44,065 nucleotides of DNA from a virus (taxonomy: Duplodnaviria; Caudoviricetes): positions 1-44,065 of the IMG/VR virus record IMGVR_UViG_3300037631_006005; one strand, 5' to 3'. The notes under the pieces were generated by a model. It did not search any database. It was given only the letters and a program-made list of their open reading frames with translations, and had not been told where the DNA came from. Positions within the stretch are counted from its first letter, which is position 1. Every line of letters starts with the position of its first letter. The position numbers were made by a program, and so were the translations under genes. Of the stretch, positions 18,564 through 26,451 are shown one piece after another.

Positions 18564-19579
18564 TGGATACTGAAATTACAAAGAAAGTAGAATTACTTAG
18601 AGCTCTTTTAAGGACAAAGGATCAGTTCGATGAATTAATTGATACTGGCGCTAATGATGAGTTTACAGATAAAGATAAAGAATTCATGGAAGAATTCAAA
18701 AAGATTTATTATTCAGGACTTGAGCAATTAGAAAAATTTATTGATAAGATAGACGAAGAGGGTAAGGAAATTAGTATTGAATCTATCGAATATTATAAAA
18801 GTATACTTCTTAACGGACCACTAGCAGGTAATACTTTAGCGTTAGCAAAACCACCAGAAGGTGCTAAGAAATTTTTTAAAGATACAACTGACAGTTTAGG
18901 AACTAATGGAAATACCGCAGCTGATAATAACTCTATACCTATTTGGTCAACCGACGTTGTAGCATTTAACAATACTGTAAACTCTAATAACAAGTCAGCT
19001 AAGTTTATTAACGACTTAATAACAACCGCTACAAAGCAGACAGCTGCAACAACAAAAGCAGCTTCAGAATATCTACACGATACAGATAACACGAAGCCTT
19101 TTATCGATAAAAAACAGTCTGAAAGGGTAAGTCTCGAGGGAGAGGATGGGTTTAATAAGGAGTCGCATGGATGTTATTGTGTAAAGGATGTAGAGTTTAG
19201 AAAAGTCGCTGAAGAAATATCAGAGGATATATTTGATAAGGTAGAAGAATATCTAGGAGAAAGTGACTTTGCAGTATTTGTATTTAAAAAGCTTTCTAGT
19301 TACTACGGTGATGATAATAAAGCCAAGTCTGAAAACAATAAAATAAAGAGAAAACTTCAATTTATGCAACGTTCTTATGATGAAGAAGGTGTTGAAGAGA
19401 TAGAAATTAAGGATACAGAAATAGAAACTGACCTTATAGGTAATCAATTTGACTCTCCTGATAGAAGAGGATTTACATTTAAAATTATAGGTGATAAAGA
19501 TAAGATCTTTAACCCTAACACTATCGAAGGTCAGCTCGGAAGCGGTGAGGAAGTAAAGGAAGATCCTATTAGTGATTAA
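18563..19579 (+). CDS. Hypothetical acidic protein
   Basis: Long ORF coupled by TAATG to the hub gene; no recognisable motif. Confidence 0.6.
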   Translation: MDTEITKKVELLRALLRTKDQFDELIDTGANDEFTDKDKEFMEEFKKIYYSGLEQLEKFIDKIDEEGKEISIESIEYYKSILLNGPLAGNTLALAKPPEGAKKFFKDTTDSLGTNGNTAADNNSIPIWSTDVVAFNNTVNSNNKSAKFINDLITTATKQTAATTKAASEYLHDTDNTKPFIDKKQSERVSLEGEDGFNKESHGCYCVKDVEFRKVAEEISEDIFDKVEEYLGESDFAVFVFKKLSSYYGDDNKAKSENNKIKRKLQFMQRSYDEEGVEEIEIKDTEIETDLIGNQFDSPDRRGFTFKIIGDKDKIFNPNTIEGQLGSGEEVKEDPISD

Positions 19580-20016
19580 ATGTCGATCGTTTTATCGTCT
19601 ACCTTATCAATTAAAGCGTTCATAATATCCTCACGTGACATTAACACTTTTGTTTGATTATCGGTAATATTCATGCGCTCTTTTGCCTCTACATCCATTT
19701 TTTTAACTTCCTTCTGAGTTTCGTTTCGCTCTTTAGCAGTATGAAGCTTGTTAAGAGTTTCTATAGCAGAAGAAGATGCCTTAATTAACTCCGCCATGGC
19801 GGTTACATCCCTATTTTCAGGAGCAGAACTAATGTAATCATTTACATTGTCTACTATTGTAAGTGATTTATTAATAAGCTTACTACTCTTCTTTATTAAA
19901 AACTCTTCTAATTTTTCTGGATCTAAAATCTCTTCTTCAGTAGCTGGTACAGCTTGCTTATTACCTTTAAGCTGGGTAATAATATCATTTACTGCGCTAT
20001 TGAGGTCATCTGACAT
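19576..20016 (-). CDS. Terminase small subunit, gp16-like (start revised to 20016)
   Basis: RDVTAMAELIKASSSAIETLNKLH and NQTKVLMSREDIMNAL follow the gp16 pattern. TAAATA at 20024-20029 favours the second ATG. Confidence 0.65.
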   Translation of the reverse strand: MSDDLNSAVNDIITQLKGNKQAVPATEEEILDPEKLEEFLIKKSSKLINKSLTIVDNVNDYISSAPENRDVTAMAELIKASSSAIETLNKLHTAKERNETQKEVKKMDVEAKERMNITDNQTKVLMSREDIMNALIDKVDDKTIDI

Positions 20017-20039
20017 ATACATATATTTATTCTTATTTC

Positions 20040-20067
20040 TTGATTTTAATATAATTTAAGTTATACT
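20040..20067 (+). promoter_or_regulatory. Sigma70-like promoter for dUTPase
   Basis: TTGATT-N16-TATACT, 8 nt before ATG 20076. Confidence 0.5.
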
Positions 20068-20075
20068 AGGTATAT

Positions 20076-20498
20076 ATGACTTTGAAATTTGAAAAGACAC
20101 ATGTAGATGCTGTACTTCCTAGTAAAAATTACGATAGTGATACAGGCATGGATGTTACTAGTATTGAGGATTTTATTATTCCAGCTCATGGCTCAGCTGT
20201 TGTCGGTGTAGGGCTTAAGTTTGCTTTTATTGAACCTGGCTATTGGGTTAAGGTAGAAGGTCGTTCAGGTCTTGGATTTAAGCGTGGTATTATGCCTCAT
20301 CCAGGTATTATTGATCAAGGCTATCGTGGGGATGCTGGTATCAAACTTTATAATCTCACCGGTGATGATTATAAAGGTAAAGCGGGGGACCGTATTGCTC
20401 AGTTCGTTGTCTATACTAACCATAATGTAACTGTTGCAGAGGGTGAGGTAATTGATTCAGAACGTGGTGTTAAAGGGTTTGGTTCTTCTGGTAAGTAA
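20076..20498 (+). CDS. dut: Trimeric dUTPase
   Basis: Motifs GMDV, GRSGLG, GIIDQGYRG, GDRIAQ and RGVKGFGSSG. Confidence 0.97.
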   Translation: MTLKFEKTHVDAVLPSKNYDSDTGMDVTSIEDFIIPAHGSAVVGVGLKFAFIEPGYWVKVEGRSGLGFKRGIMPHPGIIDQGYRGDAGIKLYNLTGDDYKGKAGDRIAQFVVYTNHNVTVAEGEVIDSERGVKGFGSSGK

Positions 20499-20514
20499 GG
20501 AACACAGGTATAAT
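20498..20514 (+). promoter_or_regulatory. Candidate early/middle promoter AGGAAC-N5-TATAAT
   Basis: Lies 5 nt before the clamp loader ATG; the same architecture occurs at 43992-44008 on the minus strand. Confidence 0.55.
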
Positions 20515-20519
20515 AAGTT

Positions 20520-21443
20520 ATGGTAGATTTTGATAAGATTTGGGTAGAGAAGTATCGTCCTACTAAGTTGGATGATGTTATTCTAGATGAGGCTTCACTA
20601 AGAGTTGTATCGCAGTTCGAAGAAGAGATACCTAACCTATTGTTTGTTGGTAATCCCGGTACTGGTAAAACTACACTTGCTAGAATTATTGTTAATGATA
20701 TTCTTAAGTGTAATTATCTATATATTAATGCTTCTGATGAATCAGGTATTGATACTATTAGACATAATATTACTAATTTCGCTCAAACGAAATCGTTTGA
20801 CGGTAAGGTAAAGGTTGTTATATTAGACGAGGCAGACGGACTTACTGGTCAAGCACAGGCGGCTCTTCGTAATACTATGGAGTCCTTTGCAAAGTATTGT
20901 AGATTTATACTAACAGCTAACTATAAACATAAGATTATACCAGCTCTTCAGTCAAGGTGTCAGTCTCTTGATCTTAAACCTGTGATCGATCAAGCTGTAA
21001 AGAGGTGTTATAATATTTTAAAGACAGAGAAAGTAAATATAAGTGATGAACAAAAGAAAAAATTCGTACAGCTGGTCAAGAGATTCTTCCCGGACCTCCG
21101 GAAAACAATTAATGAAATCCAGAAAGCAGTTATTGATTCAGAGCTGTGTATTAGTAACACTGGGACTGATAACGAGCTGTTGGATAAAGTATACCAAGGA
21201 GTAGTTACTGATACAGTTAAGTTACGTAAGTATCTAATTGAAAATGAAGATCGTTTTCAGGGTGATTATGATACTCTTCTAGGTACCTTTCTGGATCATA
21301 TCTACCTTAAACAAATCGACGATATGAAAAAGAAAGAGATGATAGCCATTATAGCTGATCATCTCTACAAGAGCGCGTTTGTCGTAGATAAAGAAATTAA
21401 CGCGTTCGCTTGTTTTATAAATCTTGAAAACGTCTTGCGTTAA
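20520..21443 (+). CDS. gp44: Sliding clamp loader ATPase subunit (T4 gp44 / RFC small subunit-like)
   Basis: WVEKYRP, GNPGTGKTT, INASDESG, ILDEADG, LQSRC and FPDLRK. Confidence 0.95.
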   Translation: MVDFDKIWVEKYRPTKLDDVILDEASLRVVSQFEEEIPNLLFVGNPGTGKTTLARIIVNDILKCNYLYINASDESGIDTIRHNITNFAQTKSFDGKVKVVILDEADGLTGQAQAALRNTMESFAKYCRFILTANYKHKIIPALQSRCQSLDLKPVIDQAVKRCYNILKTEKVNISDEQKKKFVQLVKRFFPDLRKTINEIQKAVIDSELCISNTGTDNELLDKVYQGVVTDTVKLRKYLIENEDRFQGDYDTLLGTFLDHIYLKQIDDMKKKEMIAIIADHLYKSAFVVDKEINAFACFINLENVLR

Positions 21444-22096
21444 GCTGGTGCTGGTGCAGCACCGCCCGCAGGTTCGGATGTAGCGGGAGCAGCAGCAGAT
21501 CCTTGCTTAAATCCTGCTTTCGCAGCACCTCCTACACCTCCAAATACACCTTTATCTCTAGCGGCTGTTGCTGCTCTTCCCTTGTTTCCAGCGGTTTGAG
21601 CTAATGCCTGCTTAAGCTGACCAAGAGTCAGATCATTAAGATTTTTACCTTTTAATCTAGATGCAGGTGATGCTTCAATATGCTGCGTGAAAAGTTCTTC
21701 TAATTTTCCAAGTTGATCAGCAAGTTGTTTCTTACGCTTACCAGCAGCTGCTTCATCTTCACCAGACTGGTACATATCCTTTACATTTTGACCAGCTTGC
21801 TGTGCACCTGCTTTAATAGCTTGACCAGCTCCTTTAGCAGCTTGACCTACAGCTTCACCAGCACCCTTAGCAGCTTGACCTACAGCTTGACCAGCTCTTT
21901 GTAGACCTTCTTTCGCTCCCTTTGCGAGATTTTTTATACCACCCAAAAATTCTTCTATAACTTCTAATTCAGATGGTGAAGCATTTTCTAATACTACCTG
22001 TATCTGATCTATAGTCAGATTAGGAATATGCTGTTTTAGATTCGTAGCTTGATATGCCTGTTCTAATAAAAGTGTATCGAGGTGTCTTTGTCTCAT
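21440..22096 (-). CDS. Hypothetical A/G/Q/K-rich late protein, candidate internal head protein
   Basis: TAAATA promoter, N-terminal LLLEQAY and 11-mer amphipathic repeats. Confidence 0.65.
   Translation of the reverse strand: MRQRHLDTLLLEQAYQATNLKQHIPNLTIDQIQVVLENASPSELEVIEEFLGGIKNLAKGAKEGLQRAGQAVGQAAKGAGEAVGQAAKGAGQAIKAGAQQAGQNVKDMYQSGEDEAAAGKRKKQLADQLGKLEELFTQHIEASPASRLKGKNLNDLTLGQLKQALAQTAGNKGRAATAARDKGVFGGVGGAAKAGFKQGSAAAPATSEPAGGAAPAPA
21834..21888 (-). repeat. 33-nt period repeat (AVGQAAKGAG[E/Q])
   Basis: TTAGCAGCTTGACCTACAGCTT at 21834 and 21867. Confidence 0.8.
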
Positions 22097-22123
22097 GTTA
22101 TTATTTATTTAAAAATTGAAATT

Positions 22124-22708
22124 TTAGCTAAGTTCTTTAAGATAATTGTGAGTGTATGAAGTAACAGCCGGTGAAGGTGTTACCGGATCACAAGGTATTT
22201 CGGTGTTAGTCTTTGGTAAAGATCTTTCAGTATTAGAAAGCTCACCATTACCTCTATCAGTTTTATTTTGAATATTATCTGTATCTTCCTCTGCCTCTTC
22301 CGGCTTAATAGTAACCTTATCGTTACGTCTCATAGCATCTGGAATTGGTGGTAGGTTTGGAGCATACTGAACTGGCTCTCCTAAACAACAAGGTATAGAG
22401 CAATAGTGAGTCATTCTACCTCCACCATTATCAAGAGCAATATCAAGAACTACATCAAGTGAAGTTGTATCTGAATTAGCAGGGTAACGAGCAGGGCTCG
22501 TATCTTTAATACCTACAACGCGTACATGTAACCCCGAATCTACCATTTGGTCTAATAGCTCATGTACGTTAGTACCTAAACACTTATATTCCTCGGATGA
22601 TTTAAAATTATCATTAAACTTAAAAATATCACCTACTAGAAATCCACCTCGTTCAAAACGTTTCATGTAACTTTCAAAAAGATTAACAAACTTCTTTACT
22701 TTAGCCAT
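22124..22708 (-). CDS. Hypothetical late protein
   Basis: TAAATA promoter. N-terminal FVNLFE, then GGFLVGDIFKF (an SH3/KOW-like opening). Confidence 0.65.
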   Translation of the reverse strand: MAKVKKFVNLFESYMKRFERGGFLVGDIFKFNDNFKSSEEYKCLGTNVHELLDQMVDSGLHVRVVGIKDTSPARYPANSDTTSLDVVLDIALDNGGGRMTHYCSIPCCLGEPVQYAPNLPPIPDAMRRNDKVTIKPEEAEEDTDNIQNKTDRGNGELSNTERSLPKTNTEIPCDPVTPSPAVTSYTHNYLKELS

Positions 22709-22743
22709 ACAATTATTTATGCAATATAATAAATAATAATATG
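22706..22743. promoter_or_regulatory. Back-to-back divergent late promoters
   Basis: TAAATA at 22714-22719 (minus) and 22730-22735 (plus), each 5 nt from its ATG. Confidence 0.8.
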
Positions 22744-23394
22744 GAATTTAACAATTTAGTTGAGGGTATCCTTCAGTCCTTAAATGAGACTAAAGAAGCA
22801 CCTGATGGTTATTACTATACTGAGAAAGGTAACCTAAGAAAAGGCAATCCAGCCTCTGATGGAAGAGGTGGTCCAAAGTATGCTTCCGATCCAACTGATA
22901 GGAAGAACTACGGTCCTAGAGAGGACAATGAAGAGGTTACTGTTGTTAATGTGCCAGAGATTTATAGAAAGACTCTTCGTGGTGAGTTAAAAAAATTAGC
23001 AATTCCACACACGTTTAGTGTAGATAGTGTTGAGGTAGGTGTGGATGACGTGGCAGATGTTAAAACAGCATTAGCTAATCTCAAAGGAAGTAGAGCTCGT
23101 ATAGGTGACAAAGCAGAAGAAGATGCTGAGTATAGAGGTCGTAAAGTTTCACTTAATAAACCAACTCGTGGTGATGTTAAAAAATTTAAAGTATATGTAA
23201 AGGACCCTAAATCAGGTAACGTTAAGAAGGTTAACTTCGGTCATGGTGGTACATCGGCTAAACGTAAGGGTGAGAAGACTATGAAGATTCGTAAGAGTAA
23301 TCCTAAAGCACGTAAATCTTTCAGAGCTAGACATAATTGTGATAATCCAGGACCTAAAACAAAAGCGAGGTATTGGAGCTGTAAGAAGTGGTAA
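22741..23394 (+). CDS. Modular protein with a basic C-terminal domain
   Basis: AEYRGRKVSLNKP...KKVNFG...ARKSFRARHNC...ARYWSCKKW, a domain type I recognise from T4-like phages. Confidence 0.75.
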   Translation: MEFNNLVEGILQSLNETKEAPDGYYYTEKGNLRKGNPASDGRGGPKYASDPTDRKNYGPREDNEEVTVVNVPEIYRKTLRGELKKLAIPHTFSVDSVEVGVDDVADVKTALANLKGSRARIGDKAEEDAEYRGRKVSLNKPTRGDVKKFKVYVKDPKSGNVKKVNFGHGGTSAKRKGEKTMKIRKSNPKARKSFRARHNCDNPGPKTKARYWSCKKW

Positions 23395-23870
23395 TGAAAA
23401 CATTTAAACAATATTTTACAGAAGGGCTATGGGCCAATATAAACGCTAAGAAAAAGCGTGGTGGTAAGAGTGCTAGTAAAGGTAGTAAAGCGTATAAGGC
23501 AGCTAAAAAAGCTGGTGATAAGCTTAACAAGACTAAGCATTCTGATGAGGAAGATGCAGAAAGTAGTCCTGGTCGTGTTAAGCGAGCTGGGGCTAGCTGT
23601 AATGGCTCTGTAACTGAGCTTCGCAAGAGGGCTAAGAAGTACGGTGGTGAGAAGGGTAAAATGTATCATTGGTGCGCTAACATGAAAGGTGGTAGGAAAA
23701 AATCTGAAAGTGAAGAAATACCTGAAGAGGATGCTGAGAAGAAAAAGAAAGTATCAAAAACTCGCGCTAAGTGTCAGGCTAAAGCTAAACGTAAGTATGA
23801 CGTCTGGCCATCAGCTTATGCATCTGGGTATGTTCAGAAATGCGTTAACCGTGGAGGTAATATAAAATGA
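23394..23870 (+). CDS. Basic modular protein with capsid-targeting-like N-terminus (start revised to 23394)
   Basis: The TAATG overlap gives MKTFKQYFTE. Modules GLWANINAK..., HWCANMK and WPSAYASG..KC are separated by EEDAE. Confidence 0.75.
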   Translation: MKTFKQYFTEGLWANINAKKKRGGKSASKGSKAYKAAKKAGDKLNKTKHSDEEDAESSPGRVKRAGASCNGSVTELRKRAKKYGGEKGKMYHWCANMKGGRKKSESEEIPEEDAEKKKKVSKTRAKCQAKAKRKYDVWPSAYASGYVQKCVNRGGNIK

Positions 23871-24112
23871 CCCAAAAGCAGCTATTAGAAAATTTAAGAG
23901 ACTGGTTTAAAACACGTACAGATAAGAAGACTGGTAAGAAATTTAAAGGTTGGGTCAACTGCAAGACAGGAGGGCCTTGTGGCAGAAAGAAGGCAGGTAA
24001 GAAAGGTTCTTCATATCCTGCGTGTAGACCGACTCACGCTGCATGTAAAAGGATTAAAGGTAAAAAATATAAGAAAAGAGGTCCGAAGAGGCAGCAGTGG
24101 AAAAAGAAGTAG
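23867..24112 (+). CDS. Small basic Cys-containing protein
   Basis: LLENLRDWFK...WVNCKTGGPCGR...YPACRP; ATGA overlap with the upstream gene. Confidence 0.7.
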   Translation: MTQKQLLENLRDWFKTRTDKKTGKKFKGWVNCKTGGPCGRKKAGKKGSSYPACRPTHAACKRIKGKKYKKRGPKRQQWKKK

Positions 24113-24127
24113 CTATTAAATATATAC

Positions 24128-24616
24128 ATGGCTCTAATAAAGATAGATACTGTATCAGTAAGTAAGGCTGATGATAATGCTATTAAACAAAACTACCTTT
24201 ATAAAGATCTATTTCTAGATGTAAATAACTCTTATTCCTATAACGCTCAACTTAATAGAAAGGAAGAGCTAAAAGATGTAGCTGGGTTATATGATATAGA
24301 GGCTATTAAAAATAGTATCGCTAATGCTCTTTTAACATCTCCTGGAGAAAAAATACTAAATCCTAGATTTGGTATTGATTTAAGAAGGTATATATTTGAA
24401 CCTGTAGACGAGTTTACAGCAGAAGATATAGAAGAAGATATAGAGGATAACTTACCTAACTTCGAACCAAGAATAGAGTTGGAAAAAGTTGAGGTTGAGG
24501 GTCTAGAAGATGAGCAACAATACAATATTCAATTACAAATAAACGTACCATCACTAAATGTATACGGTCTTTCACTTAGATCGGTATTAAATAGTAATGG
24601 ATATAACTTCATTTAA
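24128..24616 (+). CDS. gp25: Baseplate wedge subunit, gp25-like
   Basis: AIKNSIANALLTSPGEKILNPRFGIDLRRYIFEP and FEPRI. Confidence 0.92.
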   Translation: MALIKIDTVSVSKADDNAIKQNYLYKDLFLDVNNSYSYNAQLNRKEELKDVAGLYDIEAIKNSIANALLTSPGEKILNPRFGIDLRRYIFEPVDEFTAEDIEEDIEDNLPNFEPRIELEKVEVEGLEDEQQYNIQLQINVPSLNVYGLSLRSVLNSNGYNFI

Positions 24617-24621
24617 AAATT

Positions 24622-26451
24622 ATGGCTGATAAAAATAACGATTTTCTAGATTTTAATTTACCGCAAGACGCTTACGCTGCTTTTGATGCAGTTAGTTTAA
24701 AGGATTTTATTGTAAAACGATTAAATGAAAATGAAAAGTTTACGGATCAAAATTTTGAAGGTAGTAATTTAGCTGCCATTATAGATATAGTAGCGTATTC
24801 CTATCACGTTTTATTATTCTATCTCAACAATACTGCTACAGAAGTTTCATTTGATCAAGCTACGTTATATGAAAATATGAATAAAATAGTTAAGACTATT
24901 GGCTATAAACCATCTGGTAAGCAAACTTCTTTAGCTTCTATTAACGCCACAGCCGATGCTAGCTTAACGACCGGCAATTACACTATTAAAAAATATTCAT
25001 ACTTTCTCGTAGACAATGTACAATTTACTACTAATAAAGATTATAGCTTTACTATATCAGAAGCTAAAAAGCAAAGTTTAGAGGTATTAAACGAGAACGT
25101 TATTTTATATCAAGGTACAGTAGGTGAGTATCCAGATTACACCTCTCAAGGAAGTGAGTTTGAGACTTTAACTATAGTTGTAGATAATGTATTAGATAAT
25201 AATGATGGTAGATTTATAGCCGATAATACCATCAGCGTGTATGTTAAGGAAGTTGAATCTGGGTTGTATTACGAATATAAAGAAGTTGATAGTCTTTATA
25301 TTGCAGATAAAAATGAAAGGGTTTTTGAAAAGAGACTTAATGAAAATGGTCACTTTGTTGTTAAGTTTGGTGATGGTGTCTCAGGTAAAAGGTTATCACA
25401 AGGTAGTATTGTATCGGTAAATTATATTTTATCTGACAATCAACGAGGTATTATAAGTAAAAACGCAATAAACGGTGATAAATTATTTGTATACGATAGT
25501 TCACGGCAAAGAAAGATTTTTAATGATACTTACACCAATAAAGATTCTACTACTTTTGTAACTACAGCTAATAGTTCGCTGCTTACGTTTAATAATCCTA
25601 ATAATTCCTCCCCTGTAGTTGAGGAAGAGACAGTCGAACAAATAAGAAAAAATGCTCCTAGTGTGTTTAACTCTCAACTAAGACTAGTCTCTACTCAAGA
25701 CTATGAATCCTTTATGAATAAAAGTTTCAATAACATAATTATTGATGCAAGAGTGGTAAATAACCAGTCGTTTATAAATGAATATATTCAATACTTTTAC
25801 AATATATGCGTAGATCCGGATAAGTCAAATAGAGTTCTAATAAATCAAATTAATTTTGCAGATAGTTGTGATTTTAATAATGTTAACATATTTACAGTTC
25901 CAAGATTTACGTTAGCTAATGATGGTGATTATCCTGAATTTTTAAGTAACTCTCTTAAAAATCTTATTATTGATAATGCTAATGAAAAGAAGAGTCTCTC
26001 ACAGGAAGTAGTTCCAAGAGATCCAATATATATGGCATTCGATTTAGGTATTTCTAATCAAAATGACTTAGTTCCAGAAATTAGCCAAGAAACAACTCTA
26101 GTAATTGTAAGAGAAGCTAGAAATAAGATAAACAAGGAGAGGCTTAAGTCTCTGGTAAGTGGTGCTATATTAAATTTCTTTAATCCAGTAACAAATACTC
26201 TAGGCCAAGAGTTGTCATTAAGTAGTTTAACATCAACTCTTTTAAGTATAGAAGGTATAAAAAGAATAGAGACAAGAAATAATAATGAAAGTATTTCCTT
26301 TAAAGGTGTTTCTTTAATTTCTTATAATCCACTTTACCCTTCAGCTGATATAGAGTTGGTAAATCAAAACATAACTCTACCTTACTTTAAGTTCCCATAT
26401 CTTATCAATCCTAATTCTTTATCCAGTAAAATAGTAATAATTGATGAGTAA
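24622..26451 (+). CDS. gp6: Baseplate wedge subunit, gp6-like
   Basis: FTDQNFEGSNL, IGYKP, VKFGDGVSGK and ETVEQIRKNAP...QLRLVSTQDY. Confidence 0.92.
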   Translation: MADKNNDFLDFNLPQDAYAAFDAVSLKDFIVKRLNENEKFTDQNFEGSNLAAIIDIVAYSYHVLLFYLNNTATEVSFDQATLYENMNKIVKTIGYKPSGKQTSLASINATADASLTTGNYTIKKYSYFLVDNVQFTTNKDYSFTISEAKKQSLEVLNENVILYQGTVGEYPDYTSQGSEFETLTIVVDNVLDNNDGRFIADNTISVYVKEVESGLYYEYKEVDSLYIADKNERVFEKRLNENGHFVVKFGDGVSGKRLSQGSIVSVNYILSDNQRGIISKNAINGDKLFVYDSSRQRKIFNDTYTNKDSTTFVTTANSSLLTFNNPNNSSPVVEEETVEQIRKNAPSVFNSQLRLVSTQDYESFMNKSFNNIIIDARVVNNQSFINEYIQYFYNICVDPDKSNRVLINQINFADSCDFNNVNIFTVPRFTLANDGDYPEFLSNSLKNLIIDNANEKKSLSQEVVPRDPIYMAFDLGISNQNDLVPEISQETTLVIVREARNKINKERLKSLVSGAILNFFNPVTNTLGQELSLSSLTSTLLSIEGIKRIETRNNNESISFKGVSLISYNPLYPSADIELVNQNITLPYFKFPYLINPNSLSSKIVIIDE

